A DNA stretch of 63,277 nucleotides, the filler included, from Perkinsus chesapeaki ATCC PRA-425 (Eukaryota > Protista > Perkinsozoa), in assembly GCA_013115145.1 (NCBI GenBank). It is 5 parts of 5 records of this genome, joined end to end, with 100 filler letters (N's around TTAATTAATTAA, not from the genome) between each part and the next. Parts side by side here need not be neighbours in the genome. Positions count along the whole stretch, not along the records: positions 31,929 to 46,219 come from JAAPAO010000756.1; positions 46,320 to 59,870 come from JAAPAO010000781.1; 3 more parts are not named here. One strand, written 5' to 3'. Position 1 is the stretch's first letter; each line of letters opens with the position of its first letter. This document shows, piece after piece, positions 38,063-48,517 of the stretch. The position numbers and the translations under genes were made by a program. The notes under the pieces are model-generated. The model saw only the letters and a list, made by a program, of their open reading frames with translations. It was not told where the DNA came from and made no database searches.

Positions 38063-38358
38063 TAGTTGTAGACTTTCTATCAGTAATCATTCGAAGATGT
38101 GGAGTGAAGGTTGATGAAGGAATGTTTATCAAATTGTGTAGAGCAGCATGTTAAGTGTAGATGTGGTGTATTAATCCAATGTTGCGTTTTACAAGTGAAA
38201 ACGAGGGACAAAATGAATAGCAAGTTGCTGGAATCGCGAGACGATAAAAATGAAAGTACGAGGAATAGAATGGGTAAAGAAATAATAGAACACAACAGTG
38301 CATATATTTAAAAGCTGTCTTCAGCAAACTGTCGATGAAAAAAATAAATGGTGATGCA

Positions 38359-40898
38359 TCAGTCATTTTGATGAAGGTTTTCTTTACCACCAACCTGGAA
38401 AATACATTAGTAAGGTCTGCAGCTGACGTGAAAACTAACCTTGTCGCCGATCTCTCGGTACATGGCGTCGATTTCCACCTGGAACTTGACGGCAGCGACA
38501 TTGCGCTTGAGTTTAAAAGACGGCGTTAGAATGTCATTCTCGACGGTAAAAGGTTCGGATATGAGATAAATATCTTTGACCTAAAGGGAAATAATGACGA
38601 TAGTTGAAACAACAGCTCTTCAATGGACGGCCGGGAGTTATACTGGATAACATCCCCACAGTGAATTAGGGTATTAACAGCAGAAGCACACGAGAGTCCT
38701 TACCATTTCGAAACCCCTAAGTTTTCCGGCGGTGGACTTTTCCTCGATACTGGTCATGATGGCTTTTTTGATGCTCTCCTCTTTACAAAGAGCAGCAGGA
38801 TCCCTAATGGAGATGTACGTGGATGAAAAAGGCATTATAAGCTTACATCTTAGCATCTTGCATGTTGGGAAGACTTTGAAGGTTCTCGAAGTCAGGAACT
38901 ATGATGGCCACTAAACAGGACTGGAAGCTGTTACCGTGGACGAAGGCTTGGGCAATAAGTGGGGATTGTGTTATGACATTCTCGACACGTTCGGCAGAGA
39001 CGTATTCTGAAGCAAGACAGAGATAACGCAGAGGAAGGCATACTTGTGTTGCTTACCTCCTTGACTTAGTTTAAATATACTCTTTTTCCTATCAATAATC
39101 TTCAATTGTCCATCTTTCAACCAAATACCAATATCACCAGTGTGAAGCCAACCATCGGAATCGATGGTATCTTTAGTTTTATCTGCCATCTTGTAGTATC
39201 TATAAATAACGCACAGTGTAGAATTGACAGTAGAGTAATGGCTCACCCTTGGAAAATCGAGGGCCCTTTAAGACACACTTCTCCACGGCCTTTACACTCA
39301 ATCGCATGCTCCCCCGTACCTGCCAATAAAGTGCTGATCGATGATCCTACTCACCAAGTGGTCCTACCGTGCTGGGTATCAGCTGAAAAGTACTCCAACT
39401 CTGGCACATCCTCAAGCCTAATTTCGAGACACCCTACAGGCATGCCGACATGGCCAGATGTGAAGTCATGAAGATGCGAGTAGCTCGCCAGACAGGTGTT
39501 CTCAGTTTGACCATACCCCTCGGAAACTGGGCAACCGAAGAAGACCCTCAGGAAGTCCATAACGTGAGCGGCAAGTGGAGCGCTACCACTAGCAACAAAT
39601 TGAACACGTTCGAGGCCGAGTCTAGCTTTGATCTTATTGAACACCAGCTTGTCCCAAATCGCGTGCTTCAGCACACCTTGTTCAAGCCCGGCCTTCTTCG
39701 ATGCCAATGCCTGCTCAAACAGATAGGCCTTGAGGCCCCCAGCGGCCCGAGCACCCATAGTGATCTTGTCATGAAGACGGTTGAGCAGTCTCGGAACAGA
39801 TACAAAAATTGTAGGCTTCAATGCTGCAATGTCATCCATAATCTTAAGAGGGTCTCCTTGATAAAATCCGATAGCGACGCCTAGGTGCATGAGACTGATA
39901 CTTACTAGCCTCTCCATGATATGAGGCAGGGGCAGGTAGCTAAGGTAGTATTGCCCAGAGCTGGTGATGTCAAGTAGTGGGCTCTTGGTGGTGAGGAACA
40001 TCACTATAGAGCTCATATTGGCCACCATATTTCCATGAGAGTTCATGGCACCTTTGGGGTCGCCTGTGGTACCACTGGTGTAGCAGAAAGTAGCGATATC
40101 AGTGCTCTTGCAGACCAAAGGCTCGATATCAACTTCGCTACCTTTCTTCTCGACATCACTGAAGCTGTAGAACTGCAACCCAGCATCTTTGCAGTCATTG
40201 AGGACAGTCTCTGAGCATGCATCGGGATCAACACATACAAGGGTGCTTAGAGTGGGGCATTCGGCCTTGCAAAGGATAAGTCTAGGGATTTGAGATGCTG
40301 TGCAGACCACCGTCGTCAATAGAGTCTGGTTCACGATATAGTCGACTACATCTTCCCCAAGAGTATCATATAATGGTACTGTTGTTGCCCTTCTAGTAAA
40401 TGCACCTTGTTCGGCAATAACCCATTCAGATCTATTTTTCATATATAAACCAATTAATCTCATTGAACCATCATCAGATAATAGATTTAATTCTTCAATA
40501 CCTCTACCAAAATTAACTATTCTATTATAAACATCTTTATATGTTTGCCATTCAAAAGGTCCAACACCATCATCTAATAATGGACGTGTACCATGACAGG
40601 GGCGATCAGGGTATCTCTCCGCCGCCTGAGTATTAATACAATAATCTTCCAAAACGCACTAGCATCAGACACCCTACTTTCTTGAACACGGCGGCGCTAG
40701 TAGTCAAAGTCTCGTCGCCGTCAATAAAGCTGATGAGACCATCGGCTGCTGCAGTGTTCCTATAGATGGGACCGCTCTTACCTGGTACAGCGGAGTCGGG
40801 CACCTGAACCACAAGCATAACCATTACGACCATCTTGGAAAGCAGCTCACTTCATATGTGTACGGTACTGGAGGAGAGACAGAGATGGAATTACCCAT
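38359..40898 (-). CDS. ACSL: Long-chain acyl-CoA synthetase (AMP-binding), paralogue 2
   Basis: YTSGTTGDPKG, SYLPLPH, SEGYGQTE, GDIG..IIDRKKSIFKLSQG, ILTPSFKLKR, ending VGGKENLHQND*; starts MGNSIS. Confidence 0.95.
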
Positions 40899-41279
40899 GG
40901 GGTAAACGAGGAAACTTATGAGAAGCTAGTGAGCTCAGAATCGTGTACTGAGCTGGGAGAGTTGTGCAAGAAAGGTAGTTCAGCAATTGGAGTGCAGCAC
41001 CAACTCACTCCAACATCCACAATCGTGCAAATATTATTCTGTCCGGAAGCTTTTTGTTGAGTTCCAATTGTGCGCATGCTTAATCTCGGAGGAGCGTTAT
41101 GCACGCATGCGCTCCGTGTCACAATGCGCAGAAACGGCTAGTCCAAATTTCAGCGAATCCAAAAAACAGCGAATCAAAAAACAGTGAAAGATACCCAGAG
41201 AGAACAGAAAAGAGCGAGCGCGTAGCGCTCGCCAGGAAAATCCGTCCAAGTTTCAGCGACGTGCGCATGCGTGCACGTC

Positions 41280-41340
41280 GCTACTACGCAGCTACTGCGC
41301 ATCTACACCTGGTGTAGATGCGCAGTAGCTGCGTAGTAGC
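41280..41340. repeat. Perfect 61-bp palindrome (30-bp arms, 1-nt centre)
   Basis: GCTACTACGCAGCTACTGCGCATCTACACC-T-GGTGTAGATGCGCAGTAGCTGCGTAGTAGC. Confidence 0.97.
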
Positions 41341-41589
41341 GTGTAGTACACCACCGACATGAGAGTACATGATATGAGATATGAGAGTACATCCGATGCA
41401 TTTCGTCGCAAATCAACGTCGGAATGCAACTACATGGACCGTTAGACACCTGCTGTCCATGAATCTTGAGTTCTGACGAGTTTGAGGCTACAAATTGTAA
41501 CTTCTACTCTAACCGTCAAACTTTCGCGTTACGCGACTCGCGTTTGCTGTAGTATACGTCGTGTACTTGTCACACATATCTGCTTGTAA

Positions 41590-42036
41590 CGTTATATGAG
41601 TTTCGTCGCAAGATTTGCTTTCGCTGGCATGAACTACGGCGCGTATTTCCCCCCGAACTGGACTTAACACAACAAGTTGTCAACAACGCAGAAACACAAG
41701 GACTGAAACCTAGGGAGCAAATGCGGGCCAGCTCGAGACTGTTGTTTGGACAGTCCAGGCTTCACTATTTTGAACACTCGGCTTCAGACTGTCGGAAGAA
41801 AAGACCACTAGGTGAGTATCTGACAACACACAATAGGAATAGTTACGCTCTAACCTAAAAATTACTTACTTACGATGTACCAATATCATAGCTGAGGCAA
41901 ATGCTATTCTCACAGTCTTGGTGACCAGCGATAATAAATATACTCGTTTCCCGGAGTGCCAGGCTAAGGGATGTTCCCCATATGTTATGCCGTACAACCA
42001 ACTGGCGTCGTATCAAATCATAAACGATAATATATA
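41590..42036 (+). CDS. Possible coding exons of an unknown gene, cut off by the AT-rich island
   Basis: Open frame YEFRRKICFRWHEL...RKKRPL splices (GTGAG...ATAG) in frame to AEANAILTVLVTSDNKYTRFPECQAKGCSPY; no family recognised. Confidence 0.3.
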
Positions 42037-42620
42037 ATAAATATATAATATGTAGTATTAATTAATAATACAAAAGTTATAAAATAATATAATTACCTCA
42101 TTGCACCAATTACATAATAGTAATACATTATTAATTATATATAATAAATCTATATATATTTTATATAGGCCCTGCTATAACATATAATTATAATAGACTG
42201 CAGGGCCATGATTTATATATTATTGATTGTAGTATTATATATCATTCCTTATACATTATTATATCTAGTATTATATTGAATAAATTATACTATAAGGATA
42301 TATATCTAATATTCATGGTATAAATAATATTAATTAGGGATATATAAACTAAATATAGGATAATCTATAAAAAATATTAGCAATAGAGATATTAATCTAA
42401 TTAATATCCCAACATATATGATATTAATACAGGTTATAAACTTATAATATGTTATAATATATATATTCCTAATTAGATGTAATAATAATTATAAGGTATC
42501 TATTATAGATCATAATGCTATATTTATAAATATACTAGATGATGCTATAATAGAGACTAGATACATGGTGTATGGACAATAAATAATACTCTAATATATA
42601 TAATGACTATAGATAGAAAT
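42020..42620. other. AT-rich island (~82% AT by manual count)
   Basis: About 107 G+C in 600 nt; no CpG seen between ~42027 and 42623; sharp boundaries. Confidence 0.9.
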
Positions 42621-43193
42621 AAACGGCTAGCCGTTAGTTTACACATTGATACTATCAATATGTAAATTAACCGCTACTGTTTTGTAAACCTTACGCATAT
42701 TTTGGTTTCGAATGAATACTTGCCTGGCCGCCAGGCAAGTATGCACTTGCGCCGCAGGAGTTGCGCCGCAAGTACTACTCGAGCAGCAGTTGTTGATTCC
42801 TATCACATGTAACCGGCGGGATCCGACGATCATCTACAAAAACCCGGAAACAGTAAATTGACAACTAGTAACAAAACGACAGTACATCAACTAGAAAGGA
42901 AAAATGTACGATACTGAGTACGATTGAGTAAGAAACTTAATTTCCGAAACTGATTCATCCAATTGGTCAGAAACGACTACTGTCTCTTCAGGTTCAGCGT
43001 AAAAAAGTCAAACCTTTTGACAAGCTATTCAACATCTCATGAATCAAGAACCCTCATGTGTGGCTATTATGCTGATAGTAACATTGTAGCTATAATAGCA
43101 ACACATCGGGGGGTCCCGATACCATTATAGTATTACCTTGATGCGATGCTAGGCATAAAAGACGCATATCGCTATGCAAGAAGGAAGTTCCTT

Positions 43194-44500
43194 TCATTGC
43201 CCCATTGAAAGGTCGATAGCTCTTGACCGACTGTACCACAGATTAGTAACTTGTCGCATATGATCGCTGTTGCCATGAAGTGTATGGTGGTAGTGTACGC
43301 ACCAACACATACCGGAAAGCACACCATTTCGTGGATATAACTGATCGTATGAACTTACTAGCACACAACGACGTGATACAAAATCCCACACCCTGATATC
43401 GCTGGCAGCAGTTACCAAATATCTGAGAAAAGCAGTAATAGACTCCGACAGGTACGAGCTCTCTACCCAAGGGGCCGGGAACAAATCGAACACTAGTAAC
43501 CTCGCCAGTGTGGCCTTGTAAGACATCATCGTTGCGATACTGTTTTGCCAAATGCCATGAGCGCGAAGACCAAACCTGACGAAAACGTCATACCGACAGT
43601 TTCACACACTGCGAGGAATTACTCTAATTTCCCATACAAGAGCTGAAAACGAATCCTCTTCCCTTCACTAAACTGCTTATTGCCTTTATAAGCGATTCAG
43701 TGATGGGCAGCAGACTCGCAAGAATGACGTAATACTATTACGTAAACTTTTCCATCCGAACCTCCGGTAACGAATTCCTCTGGCTCGTTGGGATTCCAAT
43801 CCGACGAAAGGTGGATCAGGAAGTCGAATGGATCATCGGTCGGAACCTGCAAATGAACAGATCTAAGCTAATGTCATCAAGTACTCAACATACAGTATAG
43901 TATACTGAGTATATGCGCAAACTGCGCCGCGTGGAACAGTATCGTGCGAAAAAAACAGCTCGATCTTTAAAGTTCGACTATTCTTTGAGCCCCCCAATGG
44001 TACCCTAAAGAATTCTTTTATCCTCCAATCGATTGCAGACCATGATTTGACGCTACCATCAAGAGAAGTGCTCAAGAGCGTTGTCATGCGACTGTTCATA
44101 GACATGCTCACGATCTCATCATTGTGGGCATCTATTGTCTAAAAAGCAGAAAATACAAGTTTTCGATTTGAACGTAGGCCATACGTTTATGATAGCACCT
44201 CTTGCGAGGTCCAAAATTTTAATGGTACCCATGAGTGATACTCCTGCTGCGAGGAAGAGCTTTTGATCGCGCTTAACGAACTTCAGATTCGATACCTGCA
44301 ATGAAGATTTAGTAATTTTCTGTTGGGGGTATTGATTGACTTACAGATAACGGAGTGGATACTTCGAAAGACTCCGGCTGGGAGATTTGCATTTGAGTTC
44401 CTTGGAACGAGTAAACGCTTACATACCCCTTGGAATTGGCCACCGCGATCTGAGAGATGGACGCGGGACGTCTATGAATATAATAATTGGATTCCAATTT
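43194..44500 (-). CDS. WD40-repeat protein (one splice or frame anomaly); ends approximate
   Basis: Spliced: GTIKILDL...IDAHNDEIVSMSMN...LLSTSLDGSVKSW; FVTGGSDGKVY|VWS; GHTGEVTSVRF...YLVTAASDIRVWD. Confidence 0.7.
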
Positions 44501-46319
44501 GCATTGAAAATGTAAGGCTCTATTTAGATGAGGGAGTAAGAATGAGAAAAAAATTTTTGATAAAGATTACTTAGGTAGAGCTTTACGTAAGGCAGAATAG
44601 AAAAGGTAAAAATAGAAGCGGACCTTATAAAAGCGCAAAGCGAGAAACTACCCCGTCCCTAATAATACCATGGTGTTGAGTCCATATTCGACTGTGTCCA
44701 AGGTTTGAACATCGTAAATGTCCTCGGTAAAGATAGCATTAAATGCAGCGCACATAATGATAACAACGAAAGTGATGTTCGAAAGGTAGTTGTCATTAGT
44801 AGTTCAAACATTAAAACTAAATTTCGCTTAATTTTGGTTGGGAGCAGAATGAAGTCGCTGAATCTGTTTTCGCTGAATCTTGGTTTGTCAGTTTTCGATT
44901 AGCGGGGCGTGCGCAAGTTGCATTTGCTGATTTTTGGATTCGCTGAATTTTGGAAATACCCGCAGAAACCACTTTGGGAGTTTATATTTTCTAATATAGT
45001 TGTGAATTGTAACACCTGAGCTTGCAATACCGAGATATTCAACACTTTATGGGACGCAGTTGATATGGTTGCAGAATAAAGGATGGATTTGATACATTGC
45101 ACAAGATATGCGATACAATGTCGCCAAAAAAAGAACACGCAAAACCCTTTACACGAGGATAGTCAAGGAACAGTGACCCATACACGGTTGCTATAAGGTA
45201 TGCGGCATAATGGAGATAATGATCAAATGAAACCTGTTCTCAGTATGGTCTCCGATCTTGCGGTATCTATCTTCGCCCGTTCATCACTGCAATGCCCGGC
45301 GGCGCGCGGCGCTAGGTACCCTGTGGCTCCGAACCAGATCCTCGTAATGACAGCTCGAACCTTCCGCATAGGTAACCCTCCAATGCTCAAGCGGGACTGA
45401 TAGTAGCGAATGAGTCAATGACTCAGAGTCATTACTAATGACCCAAGTAAGTTACTAATAGTAACCCGATTCTCATCGTGGGAACAAACTATGACAAAAA
45501 ATTCTCAAACTTAGTGGCCATAGAGACTCTGTATGCAAGCGCGATGAGTTGTTCCACTGCGCCGCGTAAAACGCGGCGCGTTTGCGAAAAGCGCTCGAAA
45601 AGCAGCGGGCGACGCGGATGCGACAAGTGAATAGCCTGAGGTTATGCCATAACCGTTATGAAGTAGTGCTCTAAACCAAGGAGTAATCAATGAACAGAGG
45701 ACAGGCTTGGGAACCTTCGGCTCGCACACCTTGTGCGGGTAATTTCCAGAATATGGTTACTAAGAATTGATACAGGGCGGCGCCGAGGCTGAGCCGGAGA
45801 AGCTTGGCCCGATAGTACAGAGAAGTAATACTTCCGACAGATAGAACTTCTATTATCTATACTGCTTCTGAAGTATAGGAGTAGACAGGGTAGCGTAAGT
45901 AGCTCAATGATCCTCAGGGCGGAGAGCCGTTGAGTTACACTGGTGGAGGTCGACCATCGATACGCGGTTGACGAGTATGAATCAGGTCGCCGCTACATGA
46001 TACGTATCAGTGAGGAAATTTGGACACTCGACCGTAGTGCTTCGACGGCTAGGCAGATTGTACATCGGAAGGTTTTTTGGCATTTCCAATGCACCCAATG
46101 AGTCAGTGAGCTGAATAGCAACGAGACTTTTGTTACGAGAGTGGTAGTGATGTCGTGTGCCCACTAGGCATGACGAGTTATGATGATAAGTTATGTAGGT
46201 TTCAGTATATCTGCCTTTTNNNNNNNNNNNNNNNNNNNNNNNNNNNNNNNNNNNNNNNNNNNNTTAATTAATTAANNNNNNNNNNNNNNNNNNNNNNNNN
46301 NNNNNNNNNNNNNNNNNNN

Positions 46320-46388
46320 GAACCGAGAATCGAACTCGGGACCTACTGCGTGTTAGGCAGTCGTCATAACCAACTAGACCATTCCAGC
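46320..46388 (-). tRNA. trnV-AAC: tRNA-Val(AAC); last ~5 nt of the 3' end lost in the gap
   Basis: GCTGGAA acceptor 5' strand, anticodon arm ACTGC-CTAACAC-GCAGT, canonical T-arm CCGAG-TTCGATT-CTCGG. Confidence 0.9.
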
Positions 46389-46459
46389 GATGGAAATTGA
46401 AAAAATCCTGGCACTACGCTCTTTCTACGCAACCGTACCACCCAAGACGAGTAACAATG

Positions 46460-46533
46460 TACTGGAACCGAGAATCGAGTTCGGGACCTACTGCGTGTTA
46501 GGCAGTCGTCATAGCCAACTAGACCATTCCAGC
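46460..46533 (-). tRNA. trnV-AAC: tRNA-Val(AAC) second copy with degenerate T-arm (possible pseudogene)
   Basis: Near-identical to the neighbouring copy but with T-arm CCGAA-CTCGATT-CTCGG (T54>C, A:C mismatch) and a G1:T72 pair. Confidence 0.75.
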
Positions 46534-46590
46534 AGCTGATCACATAATTTTTACCGAATAGCCGCCCTCAACACAATCAGACCTTATTAC

Positions 46591-47200
46591 CAGGTGGATC
46601 AGTCAACGTCTCCTTCATTTTATTGGCGTAGTTGATCGTCTGTGTATGCTGCCCTCTAAACTGATCCGGAGCATTCTGTTTCCTATTCAACAGTGCCTCG
46701 TAGTCCTCATTACTTGCTATTATCTGCACACCAAACTACTCGCTATTACGGCCATTGATCGCCCCCTACCTTATCATAGGCCTCCTTCTGGTCGATGCTA
46801 GCAGCGTTGCTGGGTAGATCCACCAAAACCATAGTCGGCGTTTCTTCCAGTAAGACTTCCAGCATCCGGTCTTCGCCGTATGTGATCTAATAAAGCCAAA
46901 CTCCAGCCTACAGAGCCAGCGCCTCCTGACAGCTGCCTACCGAGGACTTCCGCTCACTCCGACCGACAGTAGAGCTCTGCTCGCTTGTCTGTTGCATTGT
47001 GCCTCTGAACACCAGTCATTTCCCCAACCTACGTTGTCGCTGAATCTCACGACGGTCGCTGCCATTGCTCCTCGTATTTCCTAAGTTCCTCCTTAAGCTC
47101 CTCCGCAGCCTTTCGTGGCATCACCCTCAGCTCGTCCTTCTTTTGTCTTTCCAACGCCGACATCAGCGACTTCGGAGTTACGTTGCGTCTAACCAACGCC
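46591..47200 (-). CDS. Exons resembling the N-terminal region of axonemal dynein intermediate chain DNAI4/WDR78; gene incomplete at the gap
   Basis: In-frame exons 46886-46770 and 46723-46591: LEVLLEETPTMVLVDLPS...|IASNEDYEALLNRK...QTINYANKMKET, matching the recalled L.ET.T..L..P..N..Y..L..QT.N...K.K pattern. Confidence 0.5.
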
Positions 47201-47249
47201 GAGGCTAGTTCACAGGAACCCTTACAGAGGCACCCACCCGTCTAGGACA

Positions 47250-48450
47250 ACGTAAGTGTTAATTGGTCTGGTGGCCGAGGCATCAGTGGCTTCTCCGCCA
47301 GTGAGCTGGTCACTGGGGAGAGTATTCTCATTCGCACTCATCTGCCAGAGCCAGATCCCTCCCATTTCGGCAAAGCTAGGCGGCGGCGCCCACCTGCTTC
47401 CCGGCAGCTACTTGGCGCTTATGCCCTTCCTCTCGAGACTGAGGCATCGTATTGGGTCCGCGTGAGGTGGCCGTGGTCTGCATAGTAAAGCATACAACTC
47501 CAAAGGGAGTGGATTGCAGTGCCGGAGATACTCAGAGATAGCCCCTCCCCCGATTTTGGATTGACAACCCAACACACAAAGCTGTCCCCAAAAACTCTGC
47601 CATCAAGGCAGGCGATCAGATCTCGTATGGCGTGCCCTGCTCCACAAGCCCGAGCCCTCCGCATCAGCCACAGCCCACAGTGGCAGCCTATCATCCAGGT
47701 TGTCTCCCCGCCAATTTGTCAAACTGACTCTCCTCTATTTCCATTCGACCATCGCACTCATTAACGCATCGCACCAAGCTCCCCGCGTCCCGCACCGCAG
47801 AGTCCAGTGAGGTCTCCAACGTCATCACCCGACCGAGACCGGCCCGGCACGCCTCCGATATCAGCTGGTACGTCGCTATCTCCAGAGCACTCCGGCTCGA
47901 GGCCATATCTTTCAATGCCCTTTTCACGCACGTCACTAGTCCTCTAGGAATCGGCGATTTGCCCGAGCGCAGGAACGTAGATGTCAGTAACCTCCTGCAC
48001 CGATGCGACATACCATGTGTATCCTCCCAGGTAGCGATTTGGATCTCAGCTCCCAGTGGTGCTGCCTCGGACGGAATATGCAGCCCTTGGACTGCTGCCA
48101 GAGTCGCGGTCCCCTGCCACTCTAAAGCCAGAGCATCGCCGATCTCCAGGTCCGATGAGGCAACCAATGATATTCCCCGATCAGTTTCCGTGAGATGCAG
48201 AGTACCCAAATTCGCTGATGACTGCCGCACAAGTTGCGAGCCAGGGAGCAACACCCATCTGAAGATATTCGCGGCACTATCACCAGCTACTCAACTTCAA
48301 CGTACTTTCTGCGTCCGAGGCGAATGCTGTCGGTGAGAACCGCCACGTCCAGGAAGCCCCGGTCGGATGGCGAGGAAGCATTTACGATCTCCGACACCTA
48401 AGAGCGGGACCATAGACGACGTCTAGGAGATCAGAGTATGTATCATAGAA
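47250..48450 (-). CDS. Hypothetical protein (weak SET-like start: RGISLVASSDLEIGD)
   Basis: ORF 47691-48254 plus flanking exon-like segments; splicing not resolved. Confidence 0.3.
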
Positions 48451-48517
48451 AGGTTTGAGCGCGCTGCCCCAATATGCACTATCACATTATAGGGCCGCTG
48501 AGAACCTCAATGCCACA

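Noticed and set aside
42020-42620. Frameshift-encoded cox1/cob/cox3 in the AT island
   Set aside because: Manual translation of stretches on both strands, trying TGA=Trp and AGG/CCC shifts in places, gave no convincing conserved motif (HPEVY, PEWY etc.); only a compositional claim is kept.
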